Source: an uncultured virus (IMG/VR IMGVR_UViG_3300042544_003738)
Lineage: Duplodnaviria; Heunggongvirae; Uroviricota; Caudoviricetes
Length of the DNA stretch: 64,000 nt
Reading direction: 5' to 3' (one strand)
Virus record (IMG/VR): IMGVR_UViG_3300042544_003738
Coordinates: 1 to 64,000 of that record
Part shown: positions 18,223 to 26,343 of the stretch, one piece after another
Layout: each line of letters begins with the position of its first letter
Position numbering within the stretch: position 1 is the first letter of the stretch
Notes under the pieces: generated by a model
The model's input: the letters and a program-made list of their open reading frames with translations, nothing else
What the model was told of the DNA's origin: nothing
The model's database searches: none
Position numbers and translations under genes: made by a program

Positions 18223-18265
18223 CTCCTTGTTTGCGCACTTTAGCGGTAACGTTGGCTTGCGTCAA
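18223..18265 (-). promoter_or_regulatory. Early promoter TTGACG..GCTAAAGT with GCAAACAAGGAG leader
   Basis: Same architecture recurs at 20242-20287, 20562-20608 and 21354-21397. Confidence 0.65.
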
Positions 18266-18518
18266 TCTCTTCTTGGGTGTAGCAACCTCCCATACGGTCT
18301 GGGTTGCGTTCCCAGCTGGCTGCTGTAGCTGCCTCTTGCACTTTTTTGAGGTCAGCTAGGATGCGCTCCAGCTCGCTGATGTTCACTCGGAGGAACTCTG
18401 ACGTGACTCGCTCAGCCACCCCATCTCCGCCTGTGTAAAAGTTGATGCTGTCAAATAGCAAGCCGCGCTTGCCCAGGATGGTGTTCTCAAGGTTGCGGAT
18501 AACTTGGTCCAGTGTCAT
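18240..18518 (-). CDS. Hypothetical protein
   Basis: 92-aa ORF with GGAGG RBS. Confidence 0.65.
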   Translation of the reverse strand: MTLDQVIRNLENTILGKRGLLFDSINFYTGGDGVAERVTSEFLRVNISELERILADLKKVQEAATAASWERNPDRMGGCYTQEEIDASQRYR

Positions 18519-18519
18519 G

Positions 18520-18714
18520 CTATTCCTCCTGTGCTACATCTGTGTCCCCGATATGGGGATACTCTTTATACAGGCAGGAGTTGATCTTGAAAAAGATCTC
18601 GTCAGACGATGCATCATTCGATCTCAGATACAGTTCGTCTCGAAGGTTTAAAAGAGACTTCACTACCTTGTTGTGGGGTTGGAGTGTTTTTGTTGATTTC
18701 TCGCCCGTAGTCAT
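18520..18714 (-). CDS. Hypothetical protein
   Basis: 64-aa ORF in tight run, AAGGAG RBS. Confidence 0.55.
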   Translation of the reverse strand: MTTGEKSTKTLQPHNKVVKSLLNLRDELYLRSNDASSDEIFFKINSCLYKEYPHIGDTDVAQEE

Positions 18715-18715
18715 G

Positions 18716-18916
18716 CTAAATCTCCTTGGCCATCAGTGCCATCACGCCCGTGAAGCCATACATGGCAACGCCCCCTTGTTCTTGCTCAAAGAGATGGCGC
18801 ACTTCGGTGGCCAGGGCCTCCTCGCTCATCTCATGCAGCCTGTCGTCATCGCGGAGTGTGAACTCCACAGTCACCAGCACTCGCTTCATGCCATTTTTCC
18901 TTTCTGTATCTATCAA
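18716..18916 (-). CDS. Hypothetical protein
   Basis: 66-aa ORF in tight run; start may be MKRVLV at 18889. Confidence 0.55.
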   Translation of the reverse strand: MIDTERKNGMKRVLVTVEFTLRDDDRLHEMSEEALATEVRHLFEQEQGGVAMYGFTGVMALMAKEI

Positions 18917-19188
18917 GCCCGAACCATATCAAGGTTCTTGAGCCAAGTTTGGGTGGGATAGGGCTGGCTCACAATCAGCTGATACAGCACCATGGCCTCG
19001 CCTGGCTGCTCAAAGTCCCGTTCAAAGCCAAAATCATCATTGCCCCAAACGCACACCCGGTATTGCCCATTGCTGAGACTCATGGCACTCACCTGCACGA
19101 GTAGCGTAAGATCGTGCCGCCTGTCATCCGCAATCTGGAAGTTACCATACCAATCTTCCTGGACAGGCACAAAACATGTGACTCGCAT
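18913..19188 (-). CDS. Hypothetical protein
   Basis: Start MRVTCF just after AAA gene stop, GAGGGG RBS. Confidence 0.6.
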   Translation of the reverse strand: MRVTCFVPVQEDWYGNFQIADDRRHDLTLLVQVSAMSLSNGQYRVCVWGNDDFGFERDFEQPGEAMVLYQLIVSQPYPTQTWLKNLDMVRA

Positions 19189-19190
19189 AT

Positions 19191-20234
19191 TCAACCCCTC
19201 TTGCACAGTGTTCGATCAGCACGCTTGCGCCACGTCGTGGGCATCGCACGCTTTAGGTCTGCTGCCTTCAGCACGGTCCTGAGGTCTACAAACTGAATCC
19301 GGTTGATGTTTTCCATCACCCACCCCATGAGATCATCCACATCCCTCTTGTTGAAATTGTATTCCCACAGCATGTCCGTTGTGTCAACTACATTACGCAT
19401 GTGAATAACACGCTCACGCAGTGTGTCGACCTTGAGGTCCAAATAGTGAACTCGACTCATTATTGCATTGAGATGGTTGGCAATGCGAGGGCTCTTGGGA
19501 TTGTCCCACTTGATGTTGGTGAGGAACACAACTGAACCTTCAAACTCAAAGCTGGTGGGCACTCCTTCCTTTTCAAGGACAGTACTGCTGGTGCCCCAAT
19601 GCACCCGCCGGGTCTTCTTGGTGTCCAAAACTGCTTTCAGCACGTTCAAGCCATCTTCATCATACAGCAGCCCATCGCAGTCATCCAGCACCAGCACCGA
19701 GCCCTTGCTGCTGTAGCGATACAAGGTGCAATACAGAATAATGGCACTGAGATTGCCTTTTATGATTTCATACTTGGGCTCCAAGCCCTGAAGCTTGCAT
19801 TGCATCCCAACAGTTTCGTCCAGCACCGTCTCAACAGTGTGGCTTTTGCCAATACCAGCAGGCCCCGAGATGATCAAACCCTTGATCACACCCGTTGTGG
19901 TGGCCTCTGTCATCTCAGCCACAATCTCAAAAGTCTCTTTGAGATCCGCACCAATCTCTGCATCGGTTCGGGAGTCAGTTTCCTCAAAGCTCATAATATC
20001 AGGGTCAGCTTGCACTGCACCTTGGGCATCAATCATCTGATAGCCGGTTGCGCTGACATAAATCCGGGCTTTACCATTCCGGGTACCTTCATGCCCACGA
20101 CCATCTACAGTGATATAGGTGCCCCACTGATCAGTATTGAGATGGCCCAGCAGACGGAACACAGTTCCGTCAACGCTCACTCCCTGCCGTGTGTTTCCTT
20201 TGATCACACGCACAAAAGCGTTTTCCAGTTCCAT
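19191..20234 (-). CDS. AAA+-type P-loop ATPase
   Basis: GPAGIGKS Walker A, VLVLDDCD Walker B, FLTN sensor, SR arginine finger; start MELEN with AAGGAG RBS. Confidence 0.85.
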   Translation of the reverse strand: MELENAFVRVIKGNTRQGVSVDGTVFRLLGHLNTDQWGTYITVDGRGHEGTRNGKARIYVSATGYQMIDAQGAVQADPDIMSFEETDSRTDAEIGADLKETFEIVAEMTEATTTGVIKGLIISGPAGIGKSHTVETVLDETVGMQCKLQGLEPKYEIIKGNLSAIILYCTLYRYSSKGSVLVLDDCDGLLYDEDGLNVLKAVLDTKKTRRVHWGTSSTVLEKEGVPTSFEFEGSVVFLTNIKWDNPKSPRIANHLNAIMSRVHYLDLKVDTLRERVIHMRNVVDTTDMLWEYNFNKRDVDDLMGWVMENINRIQFVDLRTVLKAADLKRAMPTTWRKRADRTLCKRG

Positions 20235-20241
20235 TGGTAGG

Positions 20242-20287
20242 CTCCTTGTTTGCCTCAGCAGTATAGCAGGGAGAAAAGGCAATGCAA
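20242..20287 (-). promoter_or_regulatory. Early promoter TTGCAT..GCTATACT with GCAAACAAGGAG leader
   Basis: Repeated early promoter/leader motif. Confidence 0.6.
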
Positions 20288-20315
20288 GAGGTTTTCCTTG
20301 CATTGCCTCAAAAAG

Positions 20316-20552
20316 TTAAGCTTCCACTTGCCACTCAATCAAGCTGTCGTTCCGCATGCTACGCCACTGGCCCTTGTCCATATCCCACAGCACAGTAACA
20401 CCGTCATTGCGCTTGCGCTCACCAGTGGCTTTGCTTTCGTAGATGAAGCGGCTCGCGTCCGTTGTGGCACGCATCTTACGCACCGTTCCATCAACCTTCT
20501 TGAAGGTCACAACAACTACATTGTTCCGCAGTGCTGTAGTAAGCTTGTCCAT
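20316..20552 (-). CDS. WYL_2/Sm-like SH3-barrel small protein
   Basis: VVVTFKKVDGTVRKMRATT...LWDMDKGQWRSMR pattern. Confidence 0.7.
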   Translation of the reverse strand: MDKLTTALRNNVVVVTFKKVDGTVRKMRATTDASRFIYESKATGERKRNDGVTVLWDMDKGQWRSMRNDSLIEWQVEA

Positions 20553-20561
20553 TTGCGTATG

Positions 20562-20608
20562 CTCCTTGTTTGCCCACGCAATATAGCTGTGTGATGCTGG
20601 CTTGTCTA
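20562..20608 (-). promoter_or_regulatory. Early promoter TAGACA-17-TATATT (GCTATATT) with GCAAACAAGGAG leader
   Basis: Repeated early promoter/leader motif. Confidence 0.6.
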
Positions 20609-20700
20609 TGGAAAAAACCGTCTTATTTGGAGAATTTTGGGCTTGACAGATGTCATTGGAGTCTTATGCTGGGGCATAAATGTGCAAGAGAGGGTAACAG

Positions 20701-20868
20701 ATGTTTTACGCAGTTGCATACCTAGTGGCAGCAGTCCTGGCAGCAGTTGGAGCGGTGGCTGTGTCGGTAATGTTTGAGTTGAGTTTTTTCTGGAGCTTTG
20801 TGGTGGGAGCATCCTGTGGTATGGTTGCTGGTTTGGTTTTTGATAAGGTTTTTCCACCAAAGGCTTGA
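20701..20868 (+). CDS. Small two-TM membrane protein (55 aa; below ORF-track cutoff)
   Basis: MFYAVAYLVAAVLAAVGAVAVSVMFELSFFWSFVVGASCGMVAGLVFDKVFPPKA; GAGAGGG RBS; TTGACA..TATGCT upstream. Confidence 0.65.
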   Translation: MFYAVAYLVAAVLAAVGAVAVSVMFELSFFWSFVVGASCGMVAGLVFDKVFPPKA

Positions 20869-20913
20869 CCTCGTCAAAAAATCTGCTAAATTGCAGTTGT
20901 TGCACGGAGAACA

Positions 20914-21186
20914 GTGATGCTTGTAAACACCAAGGACATGACTTACTGCCGCCAACTGCGTAGGTTTGTGGTGGAGGCCAGTCAGGTGGATCGCGGGGGC
21001 CACAGCTTCTGGTATGATGGCTTGCGTTTGGTGAGCCATCGCACTGGGAGTGAGGCAGAGTTCACAATCCAGCGCCGAGTTATGCACTATGGAGAGGTGA
21101 CTGCTTGGGTGATGGCACCCAGCCCTAACACCCTCCAGCATATGCCTCAGCTGGCTGGCGTTACTGTTCACGTGCTCAACACTTGA
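20914..21186 (+). CDS. Hypothetical protein
   Basis: 90-aa ORF, GGAGA RBS, TTGACC..GCTAAATT promoter at 20865-20892. Confidence 0.7.
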   Translation: MMLVNTKDMTYCRQLRRFVVEASQVDRGGHSFWYDGLRLVSHRTGSEAEFTIQRRVMHYGEVTAWVMAPSPNTLQHMPQLAGVTVHVLNT

Positions 21187-21212
21187 CACACTAAACTGAA
21201 AGGACCTACAAA

Positions 21213-21347
21213 ATGGCTCACGAATCTTCTGCTCAGCGTCTGCACCGGCTCCTGGTGATCCTCTCTGGGGGCGGAGCTGTTTCCGACTCTCTGCTTCGGC
21301 AGGTTGAACGGGAGGCTGCCCAGGAAGCTCAGCTGGCACGGACCTAA
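21213..21347 (+). CDS. Small hypothetical protein (44 aa; below ORF-track cutoff)
   Basis: MAHESSAQRLHRLLVILSGGGAVSDSLLRQVEREAAQEAQLART; AAAGGA RBS. Confidence 0.5.
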   Translation: MAHESSAQRLHRLLVILSGGGAVSDSLLRQVEREAAQEAQLART

Positions 21348-21406
21348 ACTGGATTGACAGCGTCGCAAATTCAGCTACATTGCTGGGCAAACAAGGGACT
21401 GTGAGT

Positions 21407-22126
21407 ATGGATCGCTTGGCACAGATGACTCAAAAGGTGCACAGCCTTTTTGAGCTTGCTGATCAGCTGTATGGCTTGAATTTGCGGCAGACTGCGATTC
21501 GCTTTGACCTTCGAGGGATGAAGGCTGGAAAGGCCTGCTGCCGGATTTGCCAGCGCACGTTCACTCGTAAGTATTCTGTGCATTTCAACCAACAGGTTAT
21601 CCAAGGGTCTGAGTTTGATGATGTGCTACAAAATGCCACAGCACATGAGGTGGCGCACATCGTGTGTTTCATGAACCCCAGTTTGGGCCGGGATCATGAC
21701 CAGGGTTGGAAGAGGGTTTGTGTAGCACTGGGAGGTAATGGCAGCATCTACCACAGCTACAAAACCACATACTCTGGCGGAAACTACCACTACACTACCT
21801 CCACTGGGCAAGAAGTGGTGATCTCGGCTCATAGACACACAAAGGTGCAGAAGGGCCATAAGTACCGATTCAAGGCCAAGGGGTGGATTGATCGGAGTTG
21901 CAATTGGCGTAAACAAATTATTCCAGGGATTGATGTCTCTGGAAATACAACCACCAAGATCCCTTCTCAGAAGGATGGATCTTATGCGGCTAGGATCCGG
22001 GAATGGATCCGCACACATAAGCCCCAAGGTGCGTCTCAATCTGACATTATTCAAAAGGCTGTTGCTGCTGGTATGCGACTGAGTTCTGCCCGGTCAGCAG
22101 TTTTGACCTTTTGGGATAAGGTGTAA
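21407..22126 (+). CDS. SprT-like zinc metalloprotease with C-terminal helical domain
   Basis: FDLRGMKAG, HEVAH, HDQGWKRVC..LG motifs of SprT; early promoter at 21354-21381. Confidence 0.85.
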   Translation: MDRLAQMTQKVHSLFELADQLYGLNLRQTAIRFDLRGMKAGKACCRICQRTFTRKYSVHFNQQVIQGSEFDDVLQNATAHEVAHIVCFMNPSLGRDHDQGWKRVCVALGGNGSIYHSYKTTYSGGNYHYTTSTGQEVVISAHRHTKVQKGHKYRFKAKGWIDRSCNWRKQIIPGIDVSGNTTTKIPSQKDGSYAARIREWIRTHKPQGASQSDIIQKAVAAGMRLSSARSAVLTFWDKV

Positions 22127-22939
22127 TTACCTCTGAGGCAAAGTACAAGCTGCTTGCCGAGCCTCACTTACAGATCGAACAGGAAGTAAGAAGGGTTTAG
22201 CAGTTTTATCGCCTGGCATGGGAATTTCATATCCCACAAGAGATTCCAGTTCAACTACTGTGACCTGGAAGCTTTTGAGTTCTGTAGAGATGTTGGGTTG
22301 ATTGGGAAAAAGAAAAGCCCACGCCTCGCCAGTGCGATGGCTTACAACAACCTTCCAGAGGCTGTTGGGCACTACTACTGCATTGCGGCCAATGGTTTTG
22401 GCAGTCATCACATCATAAATGTTTCCGCTGTAAACGGTATAGGTATCATTAGTCTGTTGGGTCCATCCTCTGATACCAGTCTCTAGAGTTTTCCACGCAC
22501 CGCGGTTTACATTAGCCAATTGCGGGCTCATATTGCTGAGGATGAAACTCTCACGCTCAGCAGTAACACTCCACAACATATCGGCTGAATTCACCATGTG
22601 ACCAGTGTCATATCCTGATTGTCGATAGTCGCCCAATTCAGCTCGCTCACCACGAGGCAAGCTTTGGTCTGGAGAGAATGCATCACTTCTCTTTCCACAC
22701 CCCATGGCCTTTTCAGGCGTAATCGTATAGACAGTCCATAATGGTATCTTTGCCCTATTGTCGTGCAATAACGCATAAGCCATGCGACAGATGGGTTGGC
22801 CAGTGGGTAAATTGGCAGTGGGAAACCCCCACGGCGCTTCTGATTGACATGCCTCCATAGGCCTTGGCGGCGTTTGTTGAGCATAGGCATCACTAAGTGA
22901 GAATATAAGAGCTGAGATAGCAAAAAATAATTTGATCAT
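22127..22939 (-). CDS. DNA/RNA non-specific endonuclease (NucA/EndoG family) with signal peptide
   Basis: GYDTGH, ESFILSNMSPQ..NRGAW, VVPNSLWKVV; N-terminal MIKLFFAISALIFSLSDAYA signal. Confidence 0.9.
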   Translation of the reverse strand: MIKLFFAISALIFSLSDAYAQQTPPRPMEACQSEAPWGFPTANLPTGQPICRMAYALLHDNRAKIPLWTVYTITPEKAMGCGKRSDAFSPDQSLPRGERAELGDYRQSGYDTGHMVNSADMLWSVTAERESFILSNMSPQLANVNRGAWKTLETGIRGWTQQTNDTYTVYSGNIYDVMTAKTIGRNAVVVPNSLWKVVVSHRTGEAWAFLFPNQPNISTELKSFQVTVVELESLVGYEIPMPGDKTAKPFLLPVRSVSEARQAACTLPQR

Positions 22940-22997
22940 GCAGGGAGTGTAATGGTTTCAATAGACAAACCCAAAATAGATCTTTCATAATTTTCAT

Positions 22998-23309
22998 ATG
23001 AACAAAGTTTTGATGTTTGATAACCCAAATGATTTTTTGACCCATTTGAAGAACTCATTAGAGAAGGAAAACACACTGTCCCAGACTGAATTGATCAGCT
23101 TACTAAAAGGCAGTGTGAGTGCTTTAGAGCAGCTTTGGACAAGTCAAAATATATTGGTCACCAAAATGGCAGAAACTGTTGACTGTCTCAACAGGCATGA
23201 TGAAAGCTGGGGCCATAAGCTAGCCCAGCTCTACACTGTGTTGGAATGTGGCCAAGTAACTCCAGATGAGATGGAACAGATCTTGCGGGATGAAGTCTGT
23301 GGGAGTTAG
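22998..23309 (+). CDS. Hypothetical protein
   Basis: 103-aa ORF. Confidence 0.55.
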   Translation: MNKVLMFDNPNDFLTHLKNSLEKENTLSQTELISLLKGSVSALEQLWTSQNILVTKMAETVDCLNRHDESWGHKLAQLYTVLECGQVTPDEMEQILRDEVCGS

Positions 23310-23758
23310 AGCGCAATATCATTCATACCCACAGACCTAAGGCGTATGATATTGTTAAGTTGAAAACCCTTGATCTCCATTGACTTGATTACACCAAGAT
23401 ACTTGTTGCGAATCAATGCCACCTCATTCACTAGACTCATCATTGTTTGAACATCAGCCTCGCCATCAATGTATTTTTCAATGGCGCGGTCACTCAATTC
23501 TCTGTTGTAGCGTTCGAGATAGCGACGATAAAAGTCGCTTCTCATTTTGTCCACTTGGTTGTTGAGATGTTTCAACACAGCCTCAATCTCTTGCAGTTGA
23601 CTGAAACGCCAACTTACCTGACCTGGCAGCTCTTGACTGTTTTTTTCAAGGCTGCCAAAAACCTTGCATTCTTTTTGAGCAACCTCAAGCTCATTGTTGT
23701 AGTAGTCGACCATATCAGGAATTTGCGATAGGTCGTTTTTTACTCTGTTAAACCACAT
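23306..23758 (-). CDS. uvsY: UvsY-like recombination mediator
   Basis: Helical 150-aa protein with IEKYIDGEAD and KGFQLNNIIRLR; near UvsX and gp32. Confidence 0.75.
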   Translation of the reverse strand: MWFNRVKNDLSQIPDMVDYYNNELEVAQKECKVFGSLEKNSQELPGQVSWRFSQLQEIEAVLKHLNNQVDKMRSDFYRRYLERYNRELSDRAIEKYIDGEADVQTMMSLVNEVALIRNKYLGVIKSMEIKGFQLNNIIRLRSVGMNDIAL

Positions 23759-23769
23759 GACAATTGATA

Positions 23770-23988
23770 CTAGCAGTCGTCGTCTACGTCAACATCTCCA
23801 TAGAGTTCATCAAGGGCAGAATCAAGGCTGTCATCTGCACCACGCAGTGAGTCAAGATCATGAATCTCTACATCATTTTCTTCAAAAACACTGATGAATT
23901 CCAGTGCCACATCGTCTCGCTTGCCAGAGGGAATCAAGTCCTTGACTGTTTCCCAAAGCTCTGCAATTAGTTTTGCATCAATTTCCAT
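23770..23988 (-). CDS. Small acidic hypothetical protein
   Basis: Acidic ORF, start reassigned to MEIDAK. Confidence 0.65.
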   Translation of the reverse strand: MEIDAKLIAELWETVKDLIPSGKRDDVALEFISVFEENDVEIHDLDSLRGADDSLDSALDELYGDVDVDDDC

Positions 23989-24027
23989 TAGTTTGATCTC
24001 CACAAAAAATCTGGGGTTATTTAAAGG

Positions 24028-24873
24028 TTACTTGGGTACAAATTGGCCGCAACTTGCATATACGTCTTGACCAACTTTCGGAATAATCTTACAGGGCATA
24101 TATTGCTGGATTTGTGCAGCTATGTCATCCACCCGTAGACTTTCTTCACCCTGTTGACTGCTATAGGGATTGTATCTCACAATGTTGAACTCACTGTGAA
24201 AACTGTATTCAGCAATGGTGTTCATCAGCTCTTCAACATCTTGTTCACTGTCATTTTCGCCCTTGATAAATGCACCGTGAAACTTGATGATCTTTTTTGA
24301 AACTTGTTGATATTCCTTGAGATTAGCTAGCGCACGCTCTACTGGCATCGCAGCTGGTAACCATTTGTTTCTAAATGAAGAATTTATTGAATATATGGAG
24401 TAATACACATTCGCCGGGATAAGAGGGAACACTTCACACAGGCTTTTTTTGAGCGTTACTGGCATAATGGTAGACACGTTGAATTTTACTCGCAGTCCTC
24501 GGTCTCGTGCCATGTTACCCAGTCGCCAAAAAAGTTCTGTTCCAGTTTTGGTTATCGTGGTATTGGCTAGCGGCTCTCCCCGGGCCATGAAATTCAAGTG
24601 CACTGTTTGCGCAGGAGTGTCTTTTTCATAATGAGACAATACAGTTTCAAACTGACTGACAAAATCACTTTGGTCCAGATTCGAAAATTGTGTTTGTTTG
24701 GTTGCAGTGAGATGACACATTTGGCATCCACGGTTACAGCCAGTTTGTGAACTGAGATACGCGATGAAATAGTCAGCTTGACGTCTTACATAACGCGACT
24801 CAATAAATCCTGTCAGCTGTTGCTCAACAAAATTTACACTCGCATCCAGTTGCGAGTTGATCTGTTGTAACAT
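24028..24873 (-). CDS. RlmN/Cfr-like radical SAM enzyme
   Basis: SSQTGCNRGCQMC, FMARGEPLAN, GENDS, YNP, C-terminal ASCGQ. Confidence 0.85.
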   Translation of the reverse strand: MLQQINSQLDASVNFVEQQLTGFIESRYVRRQADYFIAYLSSQTGCNRGCQMCHLTATKQTQFSNLDQSDFVSQFETVLSHYEKDTPAQTVHLNFMARGEPLANTTITKTGTELFWRLGNMARDRGLRVKFNVSTIMPVTLKKSLCEVFPLIPANVYYSIYSINSSFRNKWLPAAMPVERALANLKEYQQVSKKIIKFHGAFIKGENDSEQDVEELMNTIAEYSFHSEFNIVRYNPYSSQQGEESLRVDDIAAQIQQYMPCKIIPKVGQDVYASCGQFVPK

Positions 24874-24890
24874 ACGTTGAAACTTTCTGG

Positions 24891-25082
24891 TTAACGGGAT
24901 TTGGGCGAAGGTAGTTTTTTTTGACCAAAGTTACAATGTTTTTGTACCACTGGGTCATACTTCTTCAGACGCAACTTTTCACTAGACTTTGCACCTTTTG
25001 TAGTAACATGCGTCATGTATTTGGTTGGTGTATCATGGTCTTGATTTACCAACATTACAATTACGGTTGCTGCTTTTGCCAT
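24891..25082 (-). CDS. rpmG: 50S ribosomal protein bL33-like
   Basis: MAKAATVIVMLV...EKLRLKKYDPVVQKHCNF matches bL33 signature KL.LKKYDP..RKHV.F; AGGAGA/AGG RBS. Confidence 0.8.
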   Translation of the reverse strand: MAKAATVIVMLVNQDHDTPTKYMTHVTTKGAKSSEKLRLKKYDPVVQKHCNFGQKKLPSPKSR

Positions 25083-25134
25083 CCTGTGTCTCCTGCTATG
25101 CGTGATTATATATGGCAATCAGCTCAAAACAATG

Positions 25135-25159
25135 AGAGCGGGACATTTTGTCCCGCTCT
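25135..25159 (-). terminator. Putative terminator after uvsX
   Basis: agagcgggaca-ttt-tgtcccgctct hairpin. Confidence 0.55.
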
Positions 25160-25181
25160 TTGCACTGCTATGTATTGGAAG

Positions 25182-26276
25182 TTATGATAGATCTTCTTCA
25201 GGCTCTTGAACTTCAATATCTTCTAACACAGGGGCAATTTTGCTTAGCTTCTGATGGAACTCATTCATTATTTGATCAAGACATCCATCTTCATTGCGAT
25301 CCCAAGCTTTTTCAAACTGCTTGATCTGTGTGCCATCCAAACGAGTGTAACACCACTTGTTTCCTTCTTTGACTAACAACCCTTTCTGAACAAACAGGTC
25401 ATACAAGCCACTGTAGGGGTCCATGCCTCGGTCGTATGGGATTTTAACCTCAACAGTCTCAAAGGGTTTGTTATATCGCGTCTTCATTACACGACATTGA
25501 GCACGGATACCTTTGACGTCTGTTGTCTTGTTGCCCATCTCATCTTCCTTGAGCTTGAGTTTGCGCATAGCCAACACAATGCTGCTGGCGTAGATGGGGC
25601 CTTGCCCACCACTAATGACATCATCTGGATTGAACATGTCTTGGCTTGCATAACTGTGGTTTGTGCAAATCATGCCGATATCATATTCACCAAACATGTT
25701 AACACAATTTCGCACAAGCGCAGCAAGTGCACGCGGCTTGCGCCCCATATCACCCTTGAGCTCACCAGCCTCAAATTGATTGACATCAGTTGGAGTTAGG
25801 AGCATGCCTAAACTGTCAATCACAAAGAGCACGCGAGGGCGTTCTTCCTCACTCACGCTGTTGTAACGAGCTTTGTAGTCCTTCATGAAATCTGAGATCA
25901 ACTTGGCAACATCATCAATCATTGCCAAGTTTGCCTTCAAAAGCTTGTCCTCAGATGTATCTACATCTAGCGCCTTTAGCCATTTTTCATCTAGTGCATT
26001 CTCACTGTCGATCAACACCACAAACACATCTTTTTTCTGTGCATTAGAGGTTAAGTTTCCTGCTGCCAGAAAGCTCTTGCCACTGCCACTTTGTCCAGCC
26101 AGCATTGTTACTTTGCCTAGCGGGATGCCACCGTCACGGAATCTACCAGAGATAGCATAATTGAGTGCATAGTTGCCTGTTGAGATCCATACCTTGGGAT
26201 CGCGAAAGCCAACTGATAGTCCTGGAATGCTCTTGGCAATATCTTTTCTAAATCGGGATAAATCTAAAGGTTTCAT
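25182..26276 (-). CDS. uvsX: RecA-like recombinase (UvsX)
   Basis: GQSGSGKS, IDSENAL, VIDSLGML, TNH.Y, SGGQG motifs. Confidence 0.93.
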   Translation of the reverse strand: MKPLDLSRFRKDIAKSIPGLSVGFRDPKVWISTGNYALNYAISGRFRDGGIPLGKVTMLAGQSGSGKSFLAAGNLTSNAQKKDVFVVLIDSENALDEKWLKALDVDTSEDKLLKANLAMIDDVAKLISDFMKDYKARYNSVSEEERPRVLFVIDSLGMLLTPTDVNQFEAGELKGDMGRKPRALAALVRNCVNMFGEYDIGMICTNHSYASQDMFNPDDVISGGQGPIYASSIVLAMRKLKLKEDEMGNKTTDVKGIRAQCRVMKTRYNKPFETVEVKIPYDRGMDPYSGLYDLFVQKGLLVKEGNKWCYTRLDGTQIKQFEKAWDRNEDGCLDQIMNEFHQKLSKIAPVLEDIEVQEPEEDLS

Positions 26277-26306
26277 ATTTGTTCCTTTTTATGCTTGAGA
26301 GAAAAT

Positions 26307-26333
26307 GAAGGTGGAAACTTAGTTTCCACCTTC
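26307..26333 (-). terminator. Putative terminator after SSB gene
   Basis: gaaggtggaaact-t-agtttccaccttc inverted repeat. Confidence 0.6.
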
Positions 26334-26343
26334 TTAAGGCCAA

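Noticed and set aside
19599..20240. 213-aa plus-strand ORF
   Set aside because: Shadow ORF antisense to the AAA+ ATPase
20722..21390. 222-aa minus-strand ORF
   Set aside because: Antisense to three plus-strand genes that have RBSs and promoters; no recognisable motifs
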